From a virus (taxonomy: Duplodnaviria > Heunggongvirae > Uroviricota > Caudoviricetes), in the IMG/VR virus record IMGVR_UViG_3300045996_002451, positions 19,172-83,171 of that record: a DNA stretch of 64,000 nt, one strand, 5' to 3'. Of the stretch, positions 9,642 through 19,563 are shown piece by piece. The notes under the pieces are model-generated. The model saw only the letters and a list, made by a program, of their open reading frames with translations, ran no database searches and was not told the DNA's origin. Every line of letters begins with the position of its first letter. The stretch's first letter is position 1. Both the position numbers and the translations under genes were made by a program.

Positions 9642-11315
9642 TCAGCGGTTAGCGAGGACCGCACTGATCATACTGGAGGCTTCTCCCTTGGTCAACTTGG
9701 AGACCGCATCCGGGTTGAAGCCCGAACGCACCAGCATCTTGATCTGCCCCTCGGTAGGCGGATCTTTGCGCCAGCGCGCACCACTGTCCGCGATGTAGCC
9801 CACGCTGGGCCAGTAAGCGCGTACTTCCCGGTCCGCTATGCGGAGTACCGGTCCGATCTCCTGGTCGTAAGGACCGCGCCCGTCCACGACCACGCCGCCT
9901 ACCAGGAACTGCAGCACCCATTGACCCATCAGGTCCTGGCGCAGGTGCGCTTCCTGCTGGGGTCCGCGCACGGCGGGATCATCGGTACGCACGCTGCCGC
10001 AAGACAGCAAGTAGTGCTCCGCGTTGATCTTCACCCAGGTCATGGTGCTGTTCTCCTTCACCTCGGCAGCAGGTTCTACCGCGGCGAAGAGATCCACCTT
10101 TTCCAGCACGGTTTGCAGCTCGCTGAAGGTGCTTGGCATCTCTTCCTTCAGTAAGGAGAGCTTGGACTCCACCTGATCCATGTACTTCGCTGCTTGGGAA
10201 AGACTCTTGCCTTGCAGGTCGAGCCCCGGGGGCAGGTCGAGGATCGCCGGAACGCCCGCGAGGGAGTGTTTCCGGCAGTTATCGACCACATCGATCACGA
10301 TCAGGTCTTCTTTACCGTCACAGATGCGCGTACCGCGACCCGTCATCTGCATGTACAGCGACCAGCTTTTGGTGGGACGCATCATCAAGACGCAGGAGAG
10401 CGGAGGGTGGTCAAAGCCTTCCGTCAGGACCTCTACGTTGGTGAGGATCTGCGTCTCACCCTGCTTGAACCGCTCCAGGATGGCGCGGCGTTCCTCTTTC
10501 CCCAGGTTGCCGTGGATGCACTCGGCTTTGAAGTTTTTGGAGCGGAACGTTTCGGCTACCATCTCCGCATGTTCGACACTGGCGCAGAAGACCACCGTCT
10601 GCCGGTTACGCGCCACGCTCCACCAGTGGGAGAGCGCTTTACGCGTGCGGTTCTGGTCCATGACCGCGGCAGCCAGCTCGCCCTGGTTGAAGTCTCCGCC
10701 GAGCGTCTTGACCTTATCCAGGTTGACGTCGGAGCGGACCCGGTAACCGCGGATGTCGCAGAGGTAGCCCTCTTCGATGGCCTGGCGGATCGGGTAGTTG
10801 TACACCTGACGCTGGAAAACGGAGGCCAGGTTCAGTTTATCGAGACGCTTCGGCGTCGCCGTGCAGCCCACCAGTTTGACCTCACCTGGCTGCATGGCAC
10901 CATAGCGCTTGAAGATCTTCACGTAGCTTTCCGCCACCGCGTGATGGGCTTCATCCGTGATGATCAGGTTCGGACTGAACCAACCCAGTCGCTTACCGCG
11001 GGAAAGGGTCTGTACGGAGGCGATCACCACCGAGCAGTCTTTCTCGGCATACCGATCGCCTTGTTCGATCCCGACTACGGTGCCGGGAGCCGACCGTTCG
11101 AACATCCCAGCAGCTTGATCGAGCAGCTCTTCCCGGTGCGCCAGGACCAAGGTTTTGCCTGGTCGCTCTGCCTGGAGCGCGTTGTGGATCGCTCCGAACG
11201 TGACGGTCTTGCCGGTCCCAGTAGGTAGCGCGTAGAGCACGCTGTGGAGGTCGTCGGCGGTGAACGCTTTGACGACCTCGTCACGCGCTGCTAGTTGATA
11301 AGGTCTCAGTTCCAT
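9642..11315 (-). CDS. SF2 DEAD/DEAH-box helicase (Irc3/ResIII-like)
   Basis: LRPYQ, PTGTGKT, DEAHH, TATP, LTEGFD, QMTGRGTR motifs. Confidence 0.92.
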   Translation of the reverse strand: MELRPYQLAARDEVVKAFTADDLHSVLYALPTGTGKTVTFGAIHNALQAERPGKTLVLAHREELLDQAAGMFERSAPGTVVGIEQGDRYAEKDCSVVIASVQTLSRGKRLGWFSPNLIITDEAHHAVAESYVKIFKRYGAMQPGEVKLVGCTATPKRLDKLNLASVFQRQVYNYPIRQAIEEGYLCDIRGYRVRSDVNLDKVKTLGGDFNQGELAAAVMDQNRTRKALSHWWSVARNRQTVVFCASVEHAEMVAETFRSKNFKAECIHGNLGKEERRAILERFKQGETQILTNVEVLTEGFDHPPLSCVLMMRPTKSWSLYMQMTGRGTRICDGKEDLIVIDVVDNCRKHSLAGVPAILDLPPGLDLQGKSLSQAAKYMDQVESKLSLLKEEMPSTFSELQTVLEKVDLFAAVEPAAEVKENSTMTWVKINAEHYLLSCGSVRTDDPAVRGPQQEAHLRQDLMGQWVLQFLVGGVVVDGRGPYDQEIGPVLRIADREVRAYWPSVGYIADSGARWRKDPPTEGQIKMLVRSGFNPDAVSKLTKGEASSMISAVLANR

Positions 11316-11757
11316 TAGCGTCTTTCTCGTCTACGTAACTCCAGGTAGGCACCTGGTCATCTGGCAGTTGTAGCGCCGCCAACATCTCAGGAAGTAACCG
11401 AACCGGGATATATTGCGTGACCGTAAACGAGCACGCGTAGTCCGGGTTATACCAATTGACGACCCAGACTTCCGCGGTAACGCGCGTGTCACCCAGTAGA
11501 AAACGCCCCACGGCGGAGCTGGGTGCACAGCGCCGGAACAACTGCATGAAGAACTGCTGGTAGTCCGCGAACGTAGTGAAGATCAGGTAAGCGTTTCCCG
11601 TCTCTTTTCTGCCGGATCCGTTGAGGCAGTTCTGACAGGAATGGTTCGTCTGGATGCCAAGACGCCACAACTCAGCTAAGAGGGGAGCCATCCCCACATC
11701 AACGTGGACGTCACCCAACCAAGGGTTTAAGAGTTTGATCTGGGGATGGTGGGACAT
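11281..11757 (-). CDS. hypothetical protein
   Basis: 158-aa ORF in the gene run. Confidence 0.6.
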   Translation of the reverse strand: MSHHPQIKLLNPWLGDVHVDVGMAPLLAELWRLGIQTNHSCQNCLNGSGRKETGNAYLIFTTFADYQQFFMQLFRRCAPSSAVGRFLLGDTRVTAEVWVVNWYNPDYACSFTVTQYIPVRLLPEMLAALQLPDDQVPTWSYVDEKDANGTETLSTSSA

Positions 11758-11758
11758 G

Positions 11759-12070
11759 CTACTTCCTCTTGGGGGTGAACACGAAAAACGCTTCGTAAGT
11801 TTCGCAGTAACCGGGCTTGTCGTATGTGACTTTCCAGCCTGCCTCGCGGTAGATCGCTTCGATCTCCAGCCAACCTTGCTTGAAGACGTGCTGACGTGTA
11901 CAGTCCATCTTACTACACAGCGCGGCCACTACTTCGTTCTGCAATACGGTGCTGCTTCCATCACTCATATTCCGGGCGATGGCTTCGTTCCAGACCTCGA
12001 GGATCGGGTCCGGCAGCAACCGAACTTTTGCAGCTACAACTTCGTCGGGACGCAATGGTTGTACGGGCAT
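11759..12070 (-). CDS. hypothetical protein
   Basis: 103-aa ORF with GAGGTG RBS. Confidence 0.65.
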   Translation of the reverse strand: MPVQPLRPDEVVAAKVRLLPDPILEVWNEAIARNMSDGSSTVLQNEVVAALCSKMDCTRQHVFKQGWLEIEAIYREAGWKVTYDKPGYCETYEAFFVFTPKRK

Positions 12071-12118
12071 GGATCACCTCTTGAAGAGTGGGGACTCAGG
12101 TCCCCACTCGAGTTTGGC

Positions 12119-12877
12119 TCAGGATGTTTGGACGACTGTCTCCAAGGCGTTGTGAACTTCTTCCCAAACACGGCCCTCGGTATCATTCCAGCCGATGGTG
12201 AAGCCCGCTGCCTCCAACGCGTCTGACAGTCTGGTGCCCCAGTCCGGTCCGGCAATGTAGCGCGCTGCACCGTGCAGGCACACCTTGCACTGTCCGTTCC
12301 AAGCACCTTTCGGAGTTTCGATCCAGCCTCCGGCGAGCCACCGCTCGGGAGTTAGCCAGTCGCGCACCGCGATGGCAGCTTCCTTTAAGCTAGTAGGTTC
12401 TCGGATCCCTGGAAAGACCGGCATGATCACTGCCAGCAGGTTAGCTCCGGTAAAGCGAGTTTCCGTCAGATCAGCCCCCGAGAAGAGCGCATACACCAGA
12501 TCAGCACCCTGCAGATCCGTGCGCTGAAGATTTGCGCCTTGAAACGACGCGTGCTCACATCTAGTGTACACGAGCTTAGCACCACTGAGATTGGCGCCGT
12601 CTAACCGAGCGTAATCCAGATCCGCGTAGCTCAAGTCTGCGCCGCTCAAGTCAGCGCGCTGCAAGGAGGCGTGAGAAAGATTCGCCTCTCTTATCTGGGC
12701 ACCGGTCAGGTCGGCATCGTCCAGGTTAGCCCGCATCAGATCGATAGCGGAAAGATTCAGTCCTCGTAGATCAGCGCCTTGCAGCTGTTTATCAGCAAGA
12801 TCAAACCTACCTGATCTATCGCACGGAATGGTGTAAAGCAGCTCACCGGTGATTTTGTGTTTGATTTCGTATTTCAT
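12119..12877 (-). CDS. pentapeptide-repeat protein with a C-terminal domain resembling 22535-22906
   Basis: A(D/N)LxG pentapeptide repeats; C-term W..GGW...CLHGA...WND. Confidence 0.85.
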   Translation of the reverse strand: MKYEIKHKITGELLYTIPCDRSGRFDLADKQLQGADLRGLNLSAIDLMRANLDDADLTGAQIREANLSHASLQRADLSGADLSYADLDYARLDGANLSGAKLVYTRCEHASFQGANLQRTDLQGADLVYALFSGADLTETRFTGANLLAVIMPVFPGIREPTSLKEAAIAVRDWLTPERWLAGGWIETPKGAWNGQCKVCLHGAARYIAGPDWGTRLSDALEAAGFTIGWNDTEGRVWEEVHNALETVVQTS

Positions 12878-12920
12878 GACAACTCCTGGAAGGGAGGTGG
12901 TACTCTTACCGCCTCCCTTA

Positions 12921-14504
12921 TTAGGCAACGGGCAGTTCTTCGAGGCGATGACCATACTGCGCGTGTAGCCAGCGAAGTCCCGTCTCAGTATCACTGAAGT
13001 CACCGTTGAGCTGCGCTTCGTAGGCTGCCGCCACCGCTTCTCCGATGTGGGGACCGCCCTTGTACTCGAAGTAAGGCATCACGTGCCGTCCGAGTACCAG
13101 TTTGGCGGGCGGCTCGTAGTAGACGTTCAGCTTTTCGGCTAGCTCCAGCATGAAGAACGCGGCTACCGGCATCCCGGTTGGCAGCGGCGGTCGACCGCTG
13201 GCGTCTGCTTCCATCAGCCACGCAAGCATCTGGATGTTGGCCGGAGCCAGGCGCTTGGCCAGACGACGCACCACTGTCTCTGGTCGATCGCTGTTCAGGA
13301 TGTCCCGGTGGGCCAGGTGATCCTCAACCAATGGTACTACCTGCGCGGTGATCTGCGGATGCATCTTGGTGATCCCGATCCGGTCCAGGAACCGCTGGGC
13401 GATGGGACCGCCTGCGCGTTCATGCCCGTGACTGGTCCAGCGCAGCTTGCCCTTTTTCTCCAGTTGCGCGGTGACTACCGGCTTGGCGAAGTCGTGACAG
13501 AGGGCGGAAAACACGAGTACCGCCCTGGCTTCGGGTTCCAACTTTTCGCGGATAGCGATGTTGTTGGCCGCATCCACGACGTACCGGGTGTGCCGGTAGA
13601 CATCCCCTTCGGGATGCCACTCCGGGTCTTGTGGGCACCCATACATCCGGCGCAGTTCTGGGTAGAAAACGTCCCAGAGCGTGCTGGACAAGAACTCCAG
13701 TCCGAGGGAAGGACGGGTGCTCTTGGTGGCCCACTTCAGCCATTCTTCCGCTACTCGTTCCCGAGAGACACAGCGCCCTTTGTCGGTGAGTCGACTGAGG
13801 GCGAGGTAGTCGCCGGTGGCACGGTAGAAGTTGCGCCCGTGCCAGGTCTTTAACTCCGGGTATGCTCCCAGTTCCGGATCCGGCGCATCCTCGCGATACC
13901 GCTGGCGGATCTGGATGCCCAGGTTGTTGAGCAGATCCTCGGTCTGCACCTCGACGTCCCAACCAAAGCGGGAAACGAACTGCATCCCGCGTAGGGCCCG
14001 TAGTGGATCGTCCGCGAAGAGGTTCATGTCTACTGCACGCAGCAGGCCTTGCTGGATGTCTTCGACCCCGTCAAAGAAGTCGAGTAGCTCTCCGGTGAGA
14101 GGATCAAACAGGAGCGCGTTACACGTGTAATCGCGCCGCCGACAGGCTTCGCTAGGAAGCATCTGAGGATCGTACTCGACTACATAGTCGTGGCGGGTCG
14201 GATCGTTGCCCTGCCTGCTGTCTTTACGCGGTAGGCTGACGTCGTAGGTGGCGCCGTCCACGCGCCACTTGAGGACACCAAAGCTGGAACCTTCCAGTTG
14301 GACGGAGCCGGGCTGCTGTTCCAGAAGGTCCTGAAGAGCTGGAAAAGGGAGGCCGTAGACCTCGACGTCGATGTCCTTGGGTTCGAGTCCTAGGAGGGCG
14401 TCGCGGACACAGCCTCCGACCAGGTAGCCCTGAAGGCCTCTAGCCTTCAGGTCCAGTAGGAACTTCCGGAGTTGGGACGTCACCGGGATCTTTAGGGTCT
14501 GCAT
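12921..14504 (-). CDS. cca: CCA-adding tRNA nucleotidyltransferase with HD domain
   Basis: LVGGCVRDALLG..PKDIDVEV, RRDYTCNA, DDPLRALRGMQF, SRERVAEE, HPEGDVYRHT, LCHDFAK. Confidence 0.93.
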   Translation of the reverse strand: MQTLKIPVTSQLRKFLLDLKARGLQGYLVGGCVRDALLGLEPKDIDVEVYGLPFPALQDLLEQQPGSVQLEGSSFGVLKWRVDGATYDVSLPRKDSRQGNDPTRHDYVVEYDPQMLPSEACRRRDYTCNALLFDPLTGELLDFFDGVEDIQQGLLRAVDMNLFADDPLRALRGMQFVSRFGWDVEVQTEDLLNNLGIQIRQRYREDAPDPELGAYPELKTWHGRNFYRATGDYLALSRLTDKGRCVSRERVAEEWLKWATKSTRPSLGLEFLSSTLWDVFYPELRRMYGCPQDPEWHPEGDVYRHTRYVVDAANNIAIREKLEPEARAVLVFSALCHDFAKPVVTAQLEKKGKLRWTSHGHERAGGPIAQRFLDRIGITKMHPQITAQVVPLVEDHLAHRDILNSDRPETVVRRLAKRLAPANIQMLAWLMEADASGRPPLPTGMPVAAFFMLELAEKLNVYYEPPAKLVLGRHVMPYFEYKGGPHIGEAVAAAYEAQLNGDFSDTETGLRWLHAQYGHRLEELPVA

Positions 14505-14727
14505 GTTTGTTTCTCCGGGAGTGCAGGGCTGCGCGGATGCGTTCCGTGGCCAGTTCGCAAGTCAGGGTGCTGACCACCACGGTTTCAGCCAGGTGGCGAT
14601 CGATCGGGTCCAACTCCGCGTCCTCAAAGACTTGCAGCAGTTCTTTGACAAATTGCCGCGTCTTTCTTTCCAGGATCTTAGCGGTGAGTGAGTCCGCGGC
14701 CCCGTACTGGTTGAAGATCTTGCTCAT
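14440..14727 (-). CDS. hypothetical protein
   Basis: 95-aa ORF in the gene run. Confidence 0.5.
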   Translation of the reverse strand: MSKIFNQYGAADSLTAKILERKTRQFVKELLQVFEDAELDPIDRHLAETVVVSTLTCELATERIRAALHSRRNKHADPKDPGDVPTPEVPTGPEG

Positions 14728-15368
14728 CGCCGTGCTTCTCGTAGGAGCTGGTCTGCTTCTTCCGGCGTCAGGCGCTCCAAAGGCATCGTTGGTGCCTGGT
14801 TACTGGCCTTGGTCGCAACGGTTGCCGGATCGGGAGGGGTCAGGAGTTCGAGATCTTTACCAGTCAGTTTTTTGGCGAACTCGATGTTGAAACGTGTCCA
14901 GAAGAGTTGGGTAATGCACATCCCCACGTGCGTGGACGCGTAGAAAAACGCCATGAACACGTGCCCGTGTTGGGTCAGGGTTAAGGTTAACCCAAGTATC
15001 GACAGGTAGCTCACGCAGCTCAGTACTTGCGTTAACGCGTTGCTGCGGAGCTGCATCTCCAGCCAGCTTTGCAAGCCTTTGCCTCTTGTGGAACGGTCTT
15101 CGAGCTGTTTGGAGAGCCCGATGGCTGCCATGATGAGGATCGCGGGGAAGATCAGCCCGAGCAGTGCCGTCGTGGTCAGGAGCATGTACGAGAGCAGCAT
15201 CCCGTAGTTCTGGTAAGCCGGGAGGGTAAGTAGCCCTGCGGTTAACAGGTGGAGCAGGATACTGAACGTGGATGTCAAGTAGCGATTTGTTTTGATAGGC
15301 GGTCCCGCGGCATCCAGGTAAGCGCGGGTAAGTACGGGGACATCCTTGCTGGTATAAACGTTGGCCAT
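14724..15368 (-). CDS. multi-pass membrane protein
   Basis: About four hydrophobic segments. Confidence 0.65.
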   Translation of the reverse strand: MANVYTSKDVPVLTRAYLDAAGPPIKTNRYLTSTFSILLHLLTAGLLTLPAYQNYGMLLSYMLLTTTALLGLIFPAILIMAAIGLSKQLEDRSTRGKGLQSWLEMQLRSNALTQVLSCVSYLSILGLTLTLTQHGHVFMAFFYASTHVGMCITQLFWTRFNIEFAKKLTGKDLELLTPPDPATVATKASNQAPTMPLERLTPEEADQLLREARR

Positions 15369-15396
15369 GAGAAAGCACCTCTGGGAACGGGGAGGC

Positions 15397-15792
15397 TTAA
15401 GCCTCCGGAGAGTCTAACGTGCGCTGCGCCAGAAGGGTGCGCGCGTGTTCTTGTACTGCAGCTACGACGGTGTTTAGGTCCAGCGTACGGCACAGGTGAT
15501 CGAACGCGTTGTGAACAAAGAGCGTGTCGTCCAGGGTTACGGTGTGCACGCTTTTGACTGTACGCCGCTTTTGCTTTACGCGCGCTCTGCTTTGGTGATC
15601 GGACGTAGCGTAGTAAACACCGTCAGCGTGCCCGGTCAGACAGCACGCGCCTTCTTGGTTAATCGGTACGTACGCGGTCCACTTTTCGGCCTGGGCCACG
15701 TCCTGCAGGGCTTCAAGAGGCAACCCTTCCAGGTAGGTAAATACGGTTTCCCAGGCGGCTTGTGGCACGAGGTGTTCATCGATACTAAGCAT
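15397..15792 (-). CDS. paralog family B member (divergent)
   Basis: ALQDVAQA..W...CCLTGHADG. Confidence 0.6.
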   Translation of the reverse strand: MLSIDEHLVPQAAWETVFTYLEGLPLEALQDVAQAEKWTAYVPINQEGACCLTGHADGVYYATSDHQSRARVKQKRRTVKSVHTVTLDDTLFVHNAFDHLCRTLDLNTVVAAVQEHARTLLAQRTLDSPEA

Positions 15793-15840
15793 CAGCGGAA
15801 CTCCTTTCAATTGAGGGCACCCAGGCACAGCGCAACAATT

Positions 15841-15888
15841 AAAAAGGCGACCCTGAAGAAGACCGGAGTCTCCCTCAAGGTCGCCCTT
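15841..15888 (-). terminator. intrinsic terminator after Ro60
   Basis: GGCGACC...GGTCGCC stem with a U-tract on the minus strand. Confidence 0.6.
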
Positions 15889-15906
15889 ATCTAGGTCGGT
15901 AGGAAC

Positions 15907-17631
15907 CTAGATATTGCCCAGCGCAAATTGCCCCATGATGTTCGGTGTGGAGGCATCAAAACCCACACAATCGATCATTCCCCGATCTTTGGGATCGGCG
16001 ATGGTGAACCCGTTCGAGACCATACCGCACACGATCAGCTTGGCGTCGATGCCCATCTTCTCCCGGTACGCGCGCAGGGCCTGGACGGGCTGTACCGGTC
16101 CAGCGTACGTCTCGGAGTCCGTGTAGACCACGAAGACATCGAACGGGATCTTCTTTGCCAGCGCGTAACGCATCGGCAAGGAGCAGTCGGTGGAGCCGAA
16201 GGCAAGGTTGTTGACTTCGTTGCATGCATCGGTCAGCCGCTGGCGCGGACTGACTTTCAGCTCACTGATCCCATCGATCTCGTCCGCTGTTGCGCGGTTA
16301 CGCGCGTAGTAACCCCGGCTGCCTGCGGTGAAGCCCGTGATCATGTACTGGTCTTCGACGTTTGCCGTGACCAAGGCCATCGCCACGGAGCCCACGCGCG
16401 GGGAGAGCCCCTGCACGCCGCCGCACATTCCACCCGTCATCGAGCCCGAGACGTCCAGGGCCAGCATCCACCGCTTGCCGGTCGGCTCCACGTTCTTGAA
16501 CGCCAGGTAGAACGCCTTGTCCAGTCCGTCCACGATCTGACGCACAGGAGACCAGACGTTGTCCCCTTTCAGGGATCTGCCGGACTCGTACGTCTTCATC
16601 GCAGTGAGCACGGCGATCGGATGGATCCGCGAAGCCGCCAGTCCTGCCGGATCGGTCAGCTTGTTCACCACGAACTTGGTGGCGTCGGACATCGGTCCCA
16701 GGACTCCGTAGCGGGTCATGTTCGCCAGGTTGCGCAGCATCGCCGTAAGACCCATCTCCGGCAGCAAGGCCTCCCAGACAGCCGGGCTGGTCTTGTACTG
16801 CGTCGGGATGCACTCGTGCGGCAGCCGGAACTCCTTGAGGACCGTGATCACGTCCTTTTCGGTCGGTACCCGCTTGATCAGCTCGAAGCCCCGGATCATA
16901 TCCGGCAGGTGCTGCGAAAGATCTTCGTACATCACCGCACCGGTGGACAGCTCGCTGCCGCACTTGACGCCCTTCTTGCGCGAGACCGTACGCGTACCGA
17001 GATCGCCGCCCACGGACCAACGCATCGCCGCGTCCTTGCTCTTGCTCTCCGTGATCGGATGCGCGAGGCGCAAGACGTCGCGATGGCTCCAGCCGTCCCG
17101 CTGCTGATACTTGATCAACTGCAGGGCGAGGGAGTTGTCCGAGCGCTCCGTGTACCAGTTGGCCACGGCACGTCGCAGTCCTCGACCCCAGCCGCGCATG
17201 CCATCGACGTGCTCGCAGAACTGGAACAGGTGGGTGCCGATGCGACATACCTTGGGTAGTGCCGAGAGGGCAGCCGCCCGGGTCGGGTCGTCGCCATAGC
17301 TGGCCGCGATCGCCAGGACGAAGATCGCCTGGTCGTTCTTGGGTGCTCGCGCCTGATCCGAGACTTCCGTCACGATCTGTACGGTCCGGAGACCATCCGC
17401 CTTGACGCACTCCTGTGCCGCCTTCGCGTTCTCCAGGGTCAGCTTCTGCTGCGTGGCGTAGTAGGAACCGCCTTCACTTCCCAGGATGAGGAAGCGCTGG
17501 AGGCGGGTCCAGCAATCCACGCCAAAGACGACGCCTCCGGCACTGTTGGGGACCATGTCGGCTTCTCGGCCCGGGATCGCCCGCGTCTGCGGCGTCTTCT
17601 TGCTGCTCAATGTACCCTTCAGATAACTCAT
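15907..17631 (-). CDS. rsr: Ro60/TROVE RNA-binding protein (Rsr)
   Basis: NSAGG, RLQRFLILGSEGGSYY, GWGRGLRRAVANWY, KYQQRDGWSHRDVLRLAHP, vWA MIDAS LALDVSGSM, YTDSET, GFDAS. Confidence 0.96.
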   Translation of the reverse strand: MSYLKGTLSSKKTPQTRAIPGREADMVPNSAGGVVFGVDCWTRLQRFLILGSEGGSYYATQQKLTLENAKAAQECVKADGLRTVQIVTEVSDQARAPKNDQAIFVLAIAASYGDDPTRAAALSALPKVCRIGTHLFQFCEHVDGMRGWGRGLRRAVANWYTERSDNSLALQLIKYQQRDGWSHRDVLRLAHPITESKSKDAAMRWSVGGDLGTRTVSRKKGVKCGSELSTGAVMYEDLSQHLPDMIRGFELIKRVPTEKDVITVLKEFRLPHECIPTQYKTSPAVWEALLPEMGLTAMLRNLANMTRYGVLGPMSDATKFVVNKLTDPAGLAASRIHPIAVLTAMKTYESGRSLKGDNVWSPVRQIVDGLDKAFYLAFKNVEPTGKRWMLALDVSGSMTGGMCGGVQGLSPRVGSVAMALVTANVEDQYMITGFTAGSRGYYARNRATADEIDGISELKVSPRQRLTDACNEVNNLAFGSTDCSLPMRYALAKKIPFDVFVVYTDSETYAGPVQPVQALRAYREKMGIDAKLIVCGMVSNGFTIADPKDRGMIDCVGFDASTPNIMGQFALGNI

Positions 17632-17694
17632 TGCACACTCTCTTTCGGCCCGTTTACGGGCGTTACACGTGTATCACACGTCATACAACACTAC

Positions 17695-17848
17695 AGGGGA
17701 GGTAGGAGTCGAACCTACACGACACACTGCCAAGTCGTTATCTCAACAGTAGCAGACGGGAAAGCTAACGACACTCGACCGTACTGCTTATTACCGTGTC
17801 TGACCCAGGGTTGGTCCACTGGCGCTCTGACCATTAAGCTACTCCCCT
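17695..17848 (-). ncRNA. YrlA-like Y RNA (tRNA mimic)
   Basis: AGGGGAG/CTCCCCT acceptor, D arm, T arm GTAGG-TTCGACT-CCTAC; ~100-nt insert in place of the anticodon with a GGTCGAGTG stem. Confidence 0.7.
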
Positions 17849-17973
17849 AAGAAACCATGTCCGGGGTAGGACTCTCACCTATTTGATTTCAAGCAAGAAC
17901 GGGTGGCCACCCGTCTTCCTGCCCTCTCCGACTATACGGTCCCGAACTCTACCGAGCTGTTTCCAGCTCAACT

Positions 17974-18050
17974 CAACGTAGGGGGAGTTGAACACCCCGA
18001 CCTCAATCACGGTTTCCGTGACTGCGCTCTTACCCCTGAGCTATACGCCG
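17974..18050 (-). ncRNA. tRNA-like RNA without an anticodon loop
   Basis: D and T arms present; anticodon arm is the long hairpin CAGTCACG-GAAAC-CGTGATTG. Confidence 0.6.
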
Positions 18051-18087
18051 TGCTTAACTTAGTGGTCTCCACTGAGTTAAGGGGGGC

Positions 18088-18160
18088 CGATCGTGGTAGG
18101 AGTTGAACCTACGACCTCCAGGTGTACATCCTGGCGCTCTACCAACTGAGCTACACGATC
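18088..18160 (-). ncRNA. atypical tRNA or tRNA mimic (GTA in loop)
   Basis: Full cloverleaf, but the loop ATGTACA has A32/C37 and there is no long variable arm. Confidence 0.6.
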
Positions 18161-18167
18161 GACATTA

Positions 18168-18230
18168 GGACAGGCAAGTTGATTGAAGTGGGGAGTTCAT
18201 GCGAGATAACCCACCTCATTCGGCCCGTCT
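18168..18230 (-). ncRNA. minimal Y RNA-like hairpin
   Basis: 5' GACGGGCCGAATG...GGTTATC...ACTTGCCTGTC 3', a bulged Ro-binding-type stem. Confidence 0.72.
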
Positions 18231-18237
18231 TAAAAGT

Positions 18238-18615
18238 TTACTGGGTTGTGAAGCGGCAGTTGCTTTTACGCGTATGCTCCTTCAAGTTGACCTTGATCGG
18301 GCAGCGCTTGGAGTTCAAGCGTGCCAGGATGTGTCCCTCGTGCGGGTTGTAGTAGTGCAGCGGTGGATAGTCCCAGATCGCAACCTCAGTCTTGCTCCAG
18401 TCCATCACGAAGCTGCGCTCGGCAAAGCCCCAGATGACGCCATGGTTGTCCCGTTTGAGCAGCACGTAGCGGCGCCAGCGGGGGATCGGGATCTTTTCTG
18501 AAGACAGGGCACGTTGGACGCCCCGCTTATTGAACGGACTACCCCCGGTGACATCAGTGCCTGTGTTCCACATGGCGCGTTGGATGCGCGCGCGTTTGGT
18601 GGTCAGTTTAGGCAT
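18238..18615 (-). CDS. basic hypothetical protein
   Basis: 125 aa, AAGGAGG RBS, K/R-rich. Confidence 0.6.
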   Translation of the reverse strand: MPKLTTKRARIQRAMWNTGTDVTGGSPFNKRGVQRALSSEKIPIPRWRRYVLLKRDNHGVIWGFAERSFVMDWSKTEVAIWDYPPLHYYNPHEGHILARLNSKRCPIKVNLKEHTRKSNCRFTTQ

Positions 18616-18639
18616 GACAGCCTCCTTGGGGTAAATGTT

Positions 18640-18904
18640 GCGGCCTGCGGGAATCTAACCCACACTCGTTAGGTGTACTGCGCTTACTCGCTTGCTTGAA
18701 CATCCCGTCTGGAATGGCGTGAAGGAAGACGGGCCTACCAGGTCTGCACTGAAGCGCACATAGAGGCCGCTTAGTCCGCACGAATGAGTCCCCGTGCCAT
18801 ACGGCAACTCAGTCATTGTACCAAGCGGTGATCTCTAGACAGGGACCTCGGACGATTTGCAGTCGCCCTCTTAGCCTGTGCTACCAACTCTGCTCTCGGG
18901 CCGC
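18640..18904 (-). ncRNA. 265-nt RNA with a tRNA-like frame
   Basis: GCGGCC/GGCCGC terminal stem, T-arm-like GTGGG-TTAGATT-CCCGC, Cys-type hairpin GGCGA-CTGCAAA-TCGTC. Confidence 0.55.
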
Positions 18905-18922
18905 ACGAAATTGTTTGACTAC

Positions 18923-19065
18923 GCCAGGGGATGGACTCGAACCACCGACCCGTAGTGTATGGTAACCTTCAAACGCCGACCCCGACCAGGGTAGTTAGCC
19001 CTCGCTGAGATAAGTGTGTAAGAAGACATGTTGGACTGCTGCTCTACCAACTGAGCTACCCTGGC
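18923..19065 (-). ncRNA. YrlA-like Y RNA
   Basis: GCCAGGG/CCCTGGC acceptor, D and T arms; insert with a pyrimidine tract and GGGGTCGGCG...GGTTACC. Confidence 0.75.
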
Positions 19066-19072
19066 AAGGGAG

Positions 19073-19137
19073 TCCGGGCAAGTGGTTGCGGCGAGGGGTG
19101 TTACTTGAAAGGGTAACCCTCATTGCTCCGGCCCGAA
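19073..19137 (-). ncRNA. minimal Y RNA-like hairpin
   Basis: TTCGGGCCGGAG...GGTTACC...ACTTGCCCGGA. Confidence 0.7.
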
Positions 19138-19144
19138 CAAAAAC

Positions 19145-19263
19145 TTTGAAGAGGACAAGGGAGTTAACCTCGACTGAAACGGCCACCAAGGCAGCGCCCG
19201 ACTCGAACGGGCTTCGTCTTGTTTTGTAAGCAAGATAACCGAAGTCATCCGGCCCTCTTCAAA
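19145..19263 (-). ncRNA. Y RNA-like with an internal T arm
   Basis: TTTGAAGAGGGCCGGATG...GGTTATC...GCCCG-TTCGAGT-CGGGC...CTTGTCCTCTTCAAA. Confidence 0.75.
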
Positions 19264-19345
19264 TGAAGGTGGTTGCTGCGACCTGCCTAGCGGTATCCCC
19301 ACCGGTATGGAGATATGGTTCCGCGGTCTGCGCTCTCACCACCAG

Positions 19346-19444
19346 GATACACCGTGGGACTCGAACCCACCCGTATGACACTTTTCAGGTCATCGCCGTC
19401 CCTGGTTCTTCACCAGGCGCTCTGCCAACTGAGCTACGTGCATC
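19346..19444 (-). ncRNA. tRNA-like RNA with a non-canonical loop and long variable arm
   Basis: D arm, CCTGG-TGAAGAA-CCAGG, extended variable region, T arm GTGGG-TTCGAGT-CCCAC. Confidence 0.6.
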
Positions 19445-19563
19445 ACACCAACTATTTAGTTGTAAGGGAGGCAGGGAACATCAGCTAGTCGCGCTTTGCT
19501 GACTCTTCTAGGGGCTTTGTATCTGTACGTCTACTCGGGTAACCATCCCCTTACACCTGCCAA

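Noticed and set aside
15928-17410. Long alternative ORFs over Ro60 (443 aa +, 370 aa -), and similar shadows over the helicase, RecQ, RNAP and 38866-40080
   Set aside because: Antisense or off-frame shadows of GC3-rich genes; no motifs or RBS.
18088-18160. Canonical tRNA-Tyr
   Set aside because: No long variable arm and an atypical loop; kept only as a tRNA-like RNA.
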